Source: Candidatus Enterousia sp.
GTDB lineage: Bacteria; Pseudomonadota; Alphaproteobacteria; Rs-D84
Assembly: GCA_045606425.1 (NCBI GenBank)
Contig: JAZURV010000001.1
Span: 6,904 to 70,903, forward strand
Length of the DNA stretch: 64,000 nucleotides
Direction: 5' to 3'
The first letter of the stretch is position 1, and each line of letters begins with the position of its first letter. This document shows positions 9,127 to 17,425 of this stretch, piece by piece. The notes below the pieces were generated by a model. That model ran no database searches. It worked only from the letters and a program-made list of their open reading frames with translations, and was not told where the DNA came from. The position numbers and the translations under genes are program-made.

Positions 9127-10340
9127 CATTCTATGATATAGCACATGAATCCTGGCTGTCGATAAGTGGCAACAAAATGCGTTCATTTTTGACGGTGCTG
9201 GGCATAGTTATTGGTATTATGGCGGTTGTGGTAATGGTTGCGGTTGGTGAAACTGTGCAACAGTCTATCACAGACCAATTTTCATCACTTGGCACAAACA
9301 CAATTATGATTCGCGCAGGCGCAGCGCAAAGCGGTGGTGTGCGGTCTGGGAATCGTATGACATTGACCATGGACGATGTTAAATATATTGCCCAATTGCC
9401 CGATGTCGCGGCGGCCAGCCCAGTCGAAAACAGCGCAGCCCAGGTTGTCTATGGAAATAAAAACTGGGCAACATCTATGGTTGGTGTGTATCCAGGCTAT
9501 GCAATTGTTCAAAACATAGAAATGGAATACGGTTCGTTTATAGATGAATCTGCGATTCGCAACGCGGCGACCTATGTTGTGATTGGGCCGGACACAGCCG
9601 AAGAATTGGGTATGCCCAAAAATCCAGTTGGTGAAATTATTCGTGTCCGCAATACACCATTGACCGTGATAGGTGTGACCAAGGCAAAGGGCGATTCTGC
9701 GATGGGGTCCCAGGACGACATGCTGATTGTGCCGATTACCACATTGAAAAAGCGCATAAACGGTTCGCGTTTTCCAAATTCTGTGAATATGGTTGCGCTG
9801 AAATTGTACCAGGACGCAGACAACAATATTGCCACAGACCAAATCACATCACTTTTGCGCCAGCGTCATAAACTGAAAGACGGCGACGCGGACGATTTTC
9901 AAATCACAGACATGAAACAGGTTATGGAAACAATGTCAACGGTGACAGGCTATCTGACTTTGTTGTTGATTGCGATTGCCGCTGTTTCTTTGTTAGTGGG
10001 GTCAATCGGTATTATGAATATGATGTTGGTGTCTGTGGCGGAAAGAACGCGCGAAATCGGTATTCGAAAGGCTATTGGTGCCCAAGAATCCACAATTGTC
10101 ACCCAGTTTTTATCTGAATCGATTTTGATATCGTTTATTGGTTCTATGTTTGGGCTTGTGCTGGGGGTTGGGTTGTCCCAGGGGGTTGGGCGTTTTATTA
10201 TGCACTATAATGTACCATTTTCAATTTGGCCGGTGGTGGTATCTATATCGGTTGCGATTGTTGTTGGATTGGTTTCTGGGGTAATGCCTGCGATAAAGGC
10301 GGCAAAATTAAACCCAATTGACAGTTTAAGATACGAATAA
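9123..10340 (+). CDS. MacB-type ABC transporter permease (MacB periplasmic domain plus FtsX)
   Basis: N-terminal TM, a large periplasmic domain and a C-terminal FtsX module (ERTREIGIRKAIGA). It overlaps the ATPase stop codon. Confidence 0.85.
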   Translation: MTFYDIAHESWLSISGNKMRSFLTVLGIVIGIMAVVVMVAVGETVQQSITDQFSSLGTNTIMIRAGAAQSGGVRSGNRMTLTMDDVKYIAQLPDVAAASPVENSAAQVVYGNKNWATSMVGVYPGYAIVQNIEMEYGSFIDESAIRNAATYVVIGPDTAEELGMPKNPVGEIIRVRNTPLTVIGVTKAKGDSAMGSQDDMLIVPITTLKKRINGSRFPNSVNMVALKLYQDADNNIATDQITSLLRQRHKLKDGDADDFQITDMKQVMETMSTVTGYLTLLLIAIAAVSLLVGSIGIMNMMLVSVAERTREIGIRKAIGAQESTIVTQFLSESILISFIGSMFGLVLGVGLSQGVGRFIMHYNVPFSIWPVVVSISVAIVVGLVSGVMPAIKAAKLNPIDSLRYE

Positions 10341-10401
10341 AAAACGGTGTCAAAAAATGTGGGGTTTTGCCCGGAATTCCGTGGGGTTGCGGTGTATCAA
10401 A

Positions 10402-10413
10402 AAACCTAGGTTT
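10402..10413. promoter_or_regulatory. Perfect 12-bp palindrome AAACCTAGGTTT (copy 1), a candidate operator
   Basis: Seen directly. An identical copy lies ~106 bp downstream, and both are upstream of the Cys-rich secreted protein gene. Confidence 0.35.
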
Positions 10414-10507
10414 ATGGACCACCCTGTTTGGTGAAAAATGAAAAATAAAAAATCCCAGAAATCTGGGGAAAAATTTTTTGAATTTTTTGAAAAATAATGG
10501 TTGCAAT

Positions 10508-10519
10508 AAACCTAGGTTT
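10508..10519. promoter_or_regulatory. Perfect 12-bp palindrome AAACCTAGGTTT (copy 2), a candidate operator
   Basis: Seen directly, about 50 bp upstream of the ATG at 10572. Confidence 0.35.
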
Positions 10520-10571
10520 TTGGTACAGTTCAAACATAGGAATTTTTAACCAGAAAAAGGAAAGGGAAACC

Positions 10572-11627
10572 ATGAAAAAAATCACATTTTTAACATCGAT
10601 GGTTGCATTGACATTTGCAGTACCTGCAATGGCTGTGCCATCGAATACTTCAAGCACATTTCCATCAAACGGAATTATGGAAGAAGACTATACATACCAA
10701 AATCAGGCAACGGTCACAAACCTGAAAGTATCGTCGGGAACCGCAACAACAACCGCGAATTATGCGAACTGTCCGACGGCGTTCCCGAATTCTGACGAAG
10801 GCGCAACCAGTACCGATGAATGTTATACCGCATGTACAGTTTCCGATTTCCCTGCAAATTCGCATATTGCAAGCGTGACTGGTAAAAACTATTCCGGCGC
10901 AAATGTGACCGACACCTGTGCAATCGCATCATGCGACACGGGTTATCATTTGAATCCTGGCAACCCAGACCTGACCACAATAATCGGCGTGACAGAGGCC
11001 GGCACAGCACACGGATACATAAACCACAGCGGTACATACGACGGCGAAGGTTCAACAACGCAACAAACATACGGTATAACAGCGGCAGATACATGGGGAG
11101 TAGATTACGGCAGTGGCAAAGGCCGTATAACAGGACGGGCATTGTGTAGCACACAAGTGGGTGATAACCAGAATTGGAGCTGGACCAACCCAACAACAAA
11201 TACAACAATGACACCTGAATTTGGTGTAGATGGCGCCCAATACTGTTATTGTCAATTGGACAGTTATACATCGCCCAGTGGTGCCAGCCAAAGCTTGTCT
11301 GCCCCTTGGGTGTTCAACTACAACCTCGGTGACGCGGACAATTGCGCGGACGACTGTGCGGGCAACTGTGCGTACACCCTGCGGGACGATTACTCGGACT
11401 TCCTCGCTTTCCGCGCTGCGGTGTTCGGTTCGCTTGGCGCCTCGGTTGCATCATGTGAAGCGAATGAAATCAGCATCACATGGGCGGACGCGTCTGCGGA
11501 AGATATCGCGGCAAACGACGCAGGTTCTGTCACATACGGTGGCGATATCAGAACGCCAAAGAAAGCAGTCCATAAACCAGGTAAAATCTTTACCGGCTGG
11601 ACATTCAACATACCAAGCGGGAATTAA
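10572..11627 (+). CDS. Secreted Cys-rich protein, paralog 1 (Cys-rich modules plus a C-terminal Listeria-Bacteroides-type repeat)
   Basis: Signal peptide MKKITFLTSMVALTFAVPAMA and RBS aaggaaaggg. The C-terminus YGGDIRTPKKAVHKPGKIFTGWTFN resembles the GYTFTGW repeat. It shares modules with 58096-58842 and 63557-64000. Confidence 0.6.
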   Translation: MKKITFLTSMVALTFAVPAMAVPSNTSSTFPSNGIMEEDYTYQNQATVTNLKVSSGTATTTANYANCPTAFPNSDEGATSTDECYTACTVSDFPANSHIASVTGKNYSGANVTDTCAIASCDTGYHLNPGNPDLTTIIGVTEAGTAHGYINHSGTYDGEGSTTQQTYGITAADTWGVDYGSGKGRITGRALCSTQVGDNQNWSWTNPTTNTTMTPEFGVDGAQYCYCQLDSYTSPSGASQSLSAPWVFNYNLGDADNCADDCAGNCAYTLRDDYSDFLAFRAAVFGSLGASVASCEANEISITWADASAEDIAANDAGSVTYGGDIRTPKKAVHKPGKIFTGWTFNIPSGN

Positions 11628-11636
11628 AAAAACCAC

Positions 11637-11860
11637 AAAAACACCGCCCATTCGGGCGGTTGTTTTTTTGCGCATATACCGTAATGATTTTGCTGTACTT
11701 CGTTTCCAAAACCTTGCTTGTATTCCCCGCCCGGGGCGGGGGGACCACGAAGTGGTGGGGAGGGTTGAAAAAAACGAACAATCTGGGGAACAAAAGACCA
11801 CCCCGTCGCTTCGCGCCACCCCTCCACAGGAGGGGAACTTGCTTTCCCGGGTTCTTTTTT
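11637..11860 (+). repeat. ~225-bp GC-rich composite repeat, copy 1 (terminator hairpin, CCCCGCCC-N-GGGCGGGG / CCACGAAGTGG module, TIR-type end)
   Basis: By eye about 90% identical to the reverse complement of 63311-63535. It ends with AAAAGACCACCCCG...CCCCTCCACAGGAGGGGAACTTG, the same end as the right TIR of the queA insertion. Confidence 0.8.
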
Positions 11861-11883
11861 TAGGTCGTCTTAGGAACACTGCA

Positions 11884-12135
11884 GATTCCCCTCCGCCGGA
11901 GGGGAGGGCCCGCAGGGCGGGGAGGGGTCAAATTAAATTCAGTTTATTAAATCTAACAGATTGCCAGTGCGACGATTTGTGCGTGCCAGATTTTTAAGTT
12001 TTTTATTATATGGATTTATCATATTTTCATCTTATTTATGAAAAATAATGAATTCAATAATAAATTTTTATTTGACCCCTCCCCGTCTTGTCGTCACTGC
12101 GTTCCGCCAATCCACCCCTCCGCCGGAGGGGAATT
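11884..12135. mobile_element. MITE-like non-coding element: two inverted GC-rich ends of the CCCCTCC-N3-GGAGGGG family flanking ~135 bp of AT-rich DNA
   Basis: The left end GATTCCCCTCCGCCGGAGGGGAGGGCCCGCAGGGCGGGGAGGGGTCAAAT and the right end ATTTGACCCCTCCCC...CCACCCCTCCGCCGGAGGGGAAT are inverted. There is no ORF inside. Confidence 0.5.
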
Positions 12136-12159
12136 TAGACTGTGCCAAGAACGGTGCAG

Positions 12160-12232
12160 ATTCCCCGCCCCGGGCGGGGGGGACCACGAAGTGGTGGGGA
12201 GGGTTGAAAAAACGAACAATCTGGAATTGTTG
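12160..12232 (+). repeat. Partial copy of the GC-rich repeat (CCCCGCCCCGGGCGGGGGGGACCACGAAGTGGTGGGGAGGGTTGAAAAAACGAACAATCTGG module)
   Basis: Nearly identical to 11724-11787 and to the reverse complement of 63380-63446. Confidence 0.75.
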
Positions 12233-12292
12233 TATATTCTCGTATTCGCCATGCGCTTCGCTCTGGCGTATCCTTCTGGGCGTTTTCACAAC

Positions 12293-12348
12293 ATAAATTA
12301 AAAACCGGCAAAAGCCGGTTTTGAATTTATGGCGCGCCCAGAAGGATT
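12293..12348 (-). repeat. 56-bp duplicate of the tRNA-Arg 3' end (19 nt) plus its downstream terminator
   Basis: ataaattaaaaaccggcaaaagccggttttgaatttatggcgcgcccagaaggatt is identical to 12466-12521. Confidence 0.85.
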
Positions 12349-12502
12349 GTTTCGCTTCGCTTCACTCCCTTGGCTCATTCGCTGTCGCTCACCGGCATAC
12401 TGCCGTCTGCCTTTCGCCTGCGGGTCGAACCCTCTTGTCGGGTTCTCATCCTTTGGTTGCACCAGATAAATTAAAAACCGGCAAAAGCCGGTTTTGAATT
12501 TA

Positions 12503-12579
12503 TGGCGCGCCCAGAAGGATTCGAACCCTCAACCTTCTGATCCGTAGTCAGATGCTCTATCCAATTGAGCCATGGGCGC
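12503..12579 (-). tRNA. tRNA-Arg(ACG)
   Basis: The reverse complement GCGCCCATGGCTCAATTGGATAGAGCATCTGACTACGGATCAGAAGGTTGAGGGTTCGAATCCTTCTGGGCGCGCCA folds as a cloverleaf with anticodon loop CTACGGA. CCA is encoded. Confidence 0.9.
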
Positions 12580-12623
12580 ATATCGGGGTATATTTTATCC
12601 CTTTTTATCGCGATTGCAAGTTT

Positions 12624-13229
12624 TTATTTCGTTTTTTCTAAATTTTTATTAAATAAATTCGCCATCGGATTGTCGTACAGCATGTGAAAATGTTTGCGAC
12701 ATACAGATTTATATTGCGATGCGCCAACTTCGACCTGGGCGCCGTGGCGAATTATATTTCCATTCGCGTCAAATCTGATGTGGTGCGACGCCATCGTACA
12801 GCAGCGCGGAATTTCACACACAGTTTCCATTGGGTGCAATTCGTCGGCTTCTGCCAATAATTTCGCCGCCGCCGGGAACAGATTTCCATTACTGTCCACC
12901 TTTAGCCCATAGCAAAATATTGTGATTTTTGTGGTGTCTGCAATCTGAACCAGTTTATCTATATCGCGCGGGGAAAAGAATTGTACTTCGTCCACCAACA
13001 AAAACTGAATTCCGGATTTAGGCGTATAATTGCCCAGGTTTTTCAGTGCGATTGCCTTTGTTTTTATTCCTATGCGCGAAACGATGTCTGTATCAGAATC
13101 ACGGTTGTCTGTGGCTGGTTTGATTGCCGCCCATTTATTGTCGGTTCGTGTGAAATTGAATGCGTTTATGCCCAACAAAGCCGATTTAGATGATGCCATC
13201 ACGCCATAATAGAAATGCAATTTTGCCAT
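12624..13229 (-). CDS. tdk: Thymidine kinase
   Basis: MAKLHFYYGVMASSKSALL parallels E. coli Tdk LYFYYSAMNAGKST. VDEVQFF, YGLKVDSNGNLFP and the Cys-rich C-terminal ...SVCRKHF are also present. Confidence 0.8.
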   Translation of the reverse strand: MAKLHFYYGVMASSKSALLGINAFNFTRTDNKWAAIKPATDNRDSDTDIVSRIGIKTKAIALKNLGNYTPKSGIQFLLVDEVQFFSPRDIDKLVQIADTTKITIFCYGLKVDSNGNLFPAAAKLLAEADELHPMETVCEIPRCCTMASHHIRFDANGNIIRHGAQVEVGASQYKSVCRKHFHMLYDNPMANLFNKNLEKTK

Positions 13230-13297
13230 GTTTCTTCCTTTCGTTGTTCTCTCTCGCATTTCCTGTGGTACATATAACCAGATTTCCCCCACATCGG

Positions 13298-13669
13298 TCA
13301 AGATTTCTTTTTATGAAATTTAACAGAAAAACTGCCGTTGTTGATTGGGGCAAAAGAAACAATGAACGGGCTAAGCACACTGTCGGTTGCCCATTGTTGA
13401 AATTTGGTTTTCAATATCCCGCTGGCACCCGTAATAACGGTTGCAGAACGCGTGCCGGACGCGGCAACTTGTTCCAGCATTTGCCAGGCTTCTTCTTCGG
13501 TATGATTGTGAAAGTCTATTGTTGTGTGTTCTGGCGTTGGGGCGTTTGGTTTTGGTATGCGTTTTGACAGTTGTAATTCGTTTCGGACCTGTTTTTTTGT
13601 TGTAATATCATCGGGGACGAAATCGTCCCCAATCATATTTGCGATATCAAAATCATTTAATTGTTTCAT
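13298..13669 (-). CDS. Smr-domain protein
   Basis: IDFHNHTEEEAWQMLEQ...ATVITGASGILK matches the Smr pattern (hDLHG.t..EA ... hIHGkG.G.L). Confidence 0.6.
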   Translation of the reverse strand: MKQLNDFDIANMIGDDFVPDDITTKKQVRNELQLSKRIPKPNAPTPEHTTIDFHNHTEEEAWQMLEQVAASGTRSATVITGASGILKTKFQQWATDSVLSPFIVSFAPINNGSFSVKFHKKKS

Positions 13670-13673
13670 TAAA

Positions 13674-15752
13674 TTATTCTGCCAATGTTCCGACAGACAT
13701 TGTTATACGACGAATGCCAGAACTGATGGATTTTTCTTTGTTGATGCGCGCCTTGATAATTTCGCCAGTATGATAAATGTGTGTTCCGCCACACAATTCG
13801 CACGAAACATCGCCTGCGGTAATGACACGAACCGTGTCGCCGTATTTTTCGCCAAACAGTGCCATCGCACCGCGCTTTTTTGCAGATTCTATATCCATTT
13901 CTTCGTGCGCGACAGGCATATCAGCGTTTATCCATTGGTTGACCAAATCTTCGACAGCCTGTTTTTCTTCTGCGGTCATGGCGCGCCCAAATGAAAAGTC
14001 AAAACGCACAGAATCAGGTGCAACCTTGGAACCGCGTTGTTCAACATCTTCGTTTAACACTTTGCGCAGGGCGGCCTGCAACAAATGCGTTGCAGTGTGT
14101 GCGCGTGCGGTTTGCTGGCGCACATTTTGATTTATTTCAGGCATAATTTCGTCGCCCACAGAAATCGGGGCAACCAGGGTTCCTTTGTGAATAACAACAT
14201 TACCAACACGATTTGTTTCGGCAACATTCATGATTACATCGTCGCCGTGTTTGAATACGCCACTGTCGCCAACCTGACCACCCTGGGTGCCATAGAAAGG
14301 TGTGTGGTCCAGTGCGATTTCAACAGTGTCACCAGCATTTGCCGATTTAATAAATTCTTCACCACGCAAAATTGCCAAAACTTTTGCAGGTGTGTTGGTT
14401 TTTGTTTCATATTTTTCGACATCGATTGTATCAGGCAAATCATTTTGCGATTCCCACAATACGCGTGTTCCACGTGTGTCGGCGCGCGAACGTTCTTTTT
14501 GTTCGTGCATACACTTTTCAAACGCATCAACATCAACGCTGATATTTTTATCGCGCAAAATCATTTGAGTCAAATCAAGTGGAAAACCATAGGTATCAAA
14601 CAGTTTAAACGCAACATCGCCTGGCAAGACATTGTTGTTTACCTTTGGCAATTCAGTTTCCAACAATTTCATACCGTTTTGCAACATGTCTGCGAAAGAG
14701 TTTTCTTCGTTTTTGATAATTTCGACAACGTGTGCGGATTGCGTTTTTAATTCTGGGTATGCATCGCCCATTTCGCGAACTAATGCTGGATACAATGCGG
14801 ATAACAAAGCGCCACGATGTCCCAGAATTTGCCCATGGCGCATCGCACGCCGCAATATTCTGCGAATCACATAGCCGCGGTCAGCATTACTTGGGATAAC
14901 ACCGTCTGCGATGGCAAAACCAACAGCGCGCAAATGGTCTGTGATAACTTTGAAACTTGGTTTGTTATCTTCGGTTTCTTTGACGCCTGTTAAATCGGAC
15001 ACGGCAGATTTCAGATTCACAAACAAATCAGTATCATAATTATCCAATTTGTTCTGCATTATGGACGCGAATCTTTCCAGGCCTGCACCCGTATCAACAT
15101 TTTGCTTTGGCAGTGGCGTCAAAACACCATTTGCGTCGCGGTCATATTGCATAAACACATCGTTCCAGATTTCAACGAAACGACCGCCGTCTTCATCTTT
15201 GCTTCCTGGTAATCCACCCGGAATATCCGGTCCAAAATCATAGTGCATTTCTGTACATGGACCACACGGACCCGTTTCACCCGCAGACCACCAATTATCT
15301 TTATCCAGGCGAATGGCATCTTTGCCTGTAATCTTTTTCCAGATTGCGGTTGCTTCATCATCGCTGACATGAGTTGTAACAACGATTCTGTTCGGGTCCA
15401 GACCAAACACCTTGGTCAGCATTTCCCAAGACATTTCGATTGCGCCTTCTTTGAAATAATCACCAAAAGACCAATTTCCCAACATTTCGAAAAATGTATG
15501 ATGGCGACCATCAAAACCGACATCTTCCAGGTCGTTGTGTTTACCGCCGGCGCGAATACATTTTTGAACATCGGCGACGCGTGGCGCGAACGCAGGTTCT
15601 GTGCCCTGTAAAATACCCTTCCATGGCACCATGCCCGCCACAGTGAATAACAGAGTAGGGTCGTTCGGTATCAGTGACGCAGATGGGACAATTTTGTGTC
15701 CCTTGGATTCAAAATAGTCTAAAAATTGTTTTCTTATTTCATTATAGGTCAT
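13674..15752 (-). CDS. alaS: Alanine--tRNA ligase, short form lacking the C-Ala/DHHA1-type C-terminal domain
   Basis: MTYNEIRKQFLDYFESKGHKIVPSASLIP, FTVAGM, and the editing-domain motifs HTATHLL and CGGTH. The protein ends ~35 aa after CGGTH. Confidence 0.9.
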   Translation of the reverse strand: MTYNEIRKQFLDYFESKGHKIVPSASLIPNDPTLLFTVAGMVPWKGILQGTEPAFAPRVADVQKCIRAGGKHNDLEDVGFDGRHHTFFEMLGNWSFGDYFKEGAIEMSWEMLTKVFGLDPNRIVVTTHVSDDEATAIWKKITGKDAIRLDKDNWWSAGETGPCGPCTEMHYDFGPDIPGGLPGSKDEDGGRFVEIWNDVFMQYDRDANGVLTPLPKQNVDTGAGLERFASIMQNKLDNYDTDLFVNLKSAVSDLTGVKETEDNKPSFKVITDHLRAVGFAIADGVIPSNADRGYVIRRILRRAMRHGQILGHRGALLSALYPALVREMGDAYPELKTQSAHVVEIIKNEENSFADMLQNGMKLLETELPKVNNNVLPGDVAFKLFDTYGFPLDLTQMILRDKNISVDVDAFEKCMHEQKERSRADTRGTRVLWESQNDLPDTIDVEKYETKTNTPAKVLAILRGEEFIKSANAGDTVEIALDHTPFYGTQGGQVGDSGVFKHGDDVIMNVAETNRVGNVVIHKGTLVAPISVGDEIMPEINQNVRQQTARAHTATHLLQAALRKVLNEDVEQRGSKVAPDSVRFDFSFGRAMTAEEKQAVEDLVNQWINADMPVAHEEMDIESAKKRGAMALFGEKYGDTVRVITAGDVSCELCGGTHIYHTGEIIKARINKEKSISSGIRRITMSVGTLAE

Positions 15753-15850
15753 AATAAATTCCTTTTGTCGTTCAATAATAAAATTAAAACAGAACATATT
15801 CAACGATAAAATTACACAAACGGTATTTTTTATGATATAATAATATTGTT

Positions 15851-16345
15851 ATGAATAAAAAACCAGGCTTGCTTTTTACAGTATCGTTATTGGCGATAAT
15901 AATTGTCGCGGCGTCTTTTGATATGAATCTTGGGGGTAATGCACCGATTCGATTGCCAGCGGGCGTAAATCCAGACAGTGTTTTATATGTTTGCCCAATT
16001 GGTGATGGTGCCTGGGTTCAGTTTTCATCTGCGTTGCATATGGTCGGCAGATATGTTTCTTTGTTTTTTGCCTTTATGGTTATTATTTTGGTTTTCAGTT
16101 GGGGCTGGGGGTTGTATCAAAATTTATTAAAGGATAAATTCAGTGCGGACGCCTATAAAAACCCATGGTCTTTAACAAAAATAGTGTTTTGGATGGCGGT
16201 AATATTTTTTGTTTTATTTAAAACACCAGATTATTTCAGAAGTGTCGAAGTCCGCGGACATGGCACAAATTGGACACTTTGTGAAAATACATCTGCCGGC
16301 GCGCGTGCCATCAGACCTAAAAATGTGTCGGCATCAGGAAAATAA
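15851..16345 (+). CDS. Hypothetical integral membrane protein
   Basis: Several hydrophobic helices. No recognisable motif. Confidence 0.45.
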   Translation: MNKKPGLLFTVSLLAIIIVAASFDMNLGGNAPIRLPAGVNPDSVLYVCPIGDGAWVQFSSALHMVGRYVSLFFAFMVIILVFSWGWGLYQNLLKDKFSADAYKNPWSLTKIVFWMAVIFFVLFKTPDYFRSVEVRGHGTNWTLCENTSAGARAIRPKNVSASGK

Positions 16346-16390
16346 AATTTGTCAAGTTTTGCGGTTTTTTGCGCCTTTGAAAGATTTGTC

Positions 16391-16419
16391 TTGACTTAAA
16401 TCGCAGATTTCTCTACGAT
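16391..16419 (+). promoter_or_regulatory. Sigma-70-like promoter upstream of the HU gene (TTGACT-17-TACGAT)
   Basis: Hexamers read directly with 17-nt spacing. This implies a ~115-nt 5' UTR. Confidence 0.4.
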
Positions 16420-16541
16420 TCGGCTAAGCAGTGGAGGCAATGTCTTTGGAAATAAATATTTTCATGGGTATTGTTCCAAGGGCGTTGCCTTTGAAAACTG
16501 CCGGACAACCTTAAAAAACTCTATTATGAAAGGAGATACAC

Positions 16542-16814
16542 ATGAACAAACAAGAATTGATTGAAGCAATTGCAAATGAAGTTGAAGTTACAAAAGCAAC
16601 TGCAGCTGGTTGTTTGGATGCGTTCATCAACACAGTCACAAAAGTATTAAAGAAAAAAGGCGAAGTTCGCTTGGTAGGCTTTGGTACATTTGCAACTGCA
16701 AAACGCAAAGCAACAACAGGCCGCAACCCACAAACAGGTGCTCCAATTAAAATTGCTGCTTCTGTACAACCAAAGTTCCGTCCAGGAAAATCCTTGAAGG
16801 ATGCTTTGAACTAA
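16542..16814 (+). CDS. hupB: DNA-binding protein HU
   Basis: MNKQELIEAIA...GFGTFATAKRKATTGRNPQTGAPIKIAAS..PKFRPGK is the canonical HU/IHF signature. RBS aaaggag. Confidence 0.9.
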   Translation: MNKQELIEAIANEVEVTKATAAGCLDAFINTVTKVLKKKGEVRLVGFGTFATAKRKATTGRNPQTGAPIKIAASVQPKFRPGKSLKDALN

Positions 16815-16838
16815 ATTGTAGTTTGTTTACAAAGGTTA

Positions 16839-16870
16839 AAAACACCTGCATATTTGCGGGTGTTTTTTTT
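16839..16870 (+). terminator. Intrinsic terminator after the HU gene
   Basis: Hairpin aaacacctgc-atat-ttgcgggtgttt followed by a T-run. Confidence 0.7.
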
Positions 16871-16946
16871 GGAAAATTTTCCACTGGCATTTTGATTTTT
16901 TATTGCTAATATTCACATGTGTAATAAAAAACAAAAGGAAGGTATT

Positions 16947-17375
16947 ATGCCAACAAAAAAAACAAACACAAAAAAAACAACAGTTAAAACAACCCCAGTG
17001 ATGGAACATAAATGCGAATGTGGCGAAAACTGCAAATGCCATTGTCACGGGGGCGCACATTGGGTTAAACATGTAATTGTTTGGGCAATTATATTTGCAT
17101 TGGGTATGGTTTGCGGAAAAATGATGAATTGCGGTCATGGCGCAAAACACATGATGAAAAGTCATCCTGTATTTGTGAATGGTTGTTTGGATATGCAATC
17201 CATAAAAAATCCAAAATTGGTTGAAAAATTGGCGGCGGCAGATGTTGACGGGAACGAATGTATTTCTATGGCAGAATACCGTGCTGTAAAAAAAGCGATG
17301 AAGCCAGCACACAAGGGTATGCGTCCGGAACCACAACCAGCACCAGAAGCACCAGAGGCACCTGTCGCAGAATAA
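16947..17375 (+). CDS. Hypothetical membrane protein with a Cys/His-rich N-terminal motif and an EF-hand-like loop
   Basis: HKCECGENCKCHCHGGAHW, one TM helix, the EF-hand-like loop DVDGNECISMAEY and a Pro/Ala/Glu tail. RBS aaaaggaagg. Confidence 0.5.
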   Translation: MPTKKTNTKKTTVKTTPVMEHKCECGENCKCHCHGGAHWVKHVIVWAIIFALGMVCGKMMNCGHGAKHMMKSHPVFVNGCLDMQSIKNPKLVEKLAAADVDGNECISMAEYRAVKKAMKPAHKGMRPEPQPAPEAPEAPVAE

Positions 17376-17397
17376 TAAAAAAATAGCGCAATAAAAA

Positions 17398-17425
17398 CGC
17401 CCCGCAACCGCGGGGTGTTCTTTTA
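17398..17425. terminator. Bidirectional intrinsic terminator
   Basis: Hairpin cgccccgc-aacc-gcggggtg with flanking A and T runs, between convergent genes. Confidence 0.6.

Noticed and set aside
11637-12292. Possible CRISPR array, because of the repeated GC-rich palindromes
   Set aside because: The repeats vary in length and orientation, are nested, and are not separated by uniform unique spacers. There are no cas genes in the window.
11230-12301. Many overlapping ORFs on both strands (for example 11230-11997, 11451-11879, 11660-11863, 12038-12301) with Pro/Arg/Gly-rich translations
   Set aside because: They run through the GC-rich palindromic repeats, where stop codons are rare. They overlap each other in several frames and lack RBS or start context, and the same artefact ORFs appear at the inverted copy (63253-63720). 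They are treated as non-coding repeat DNA.
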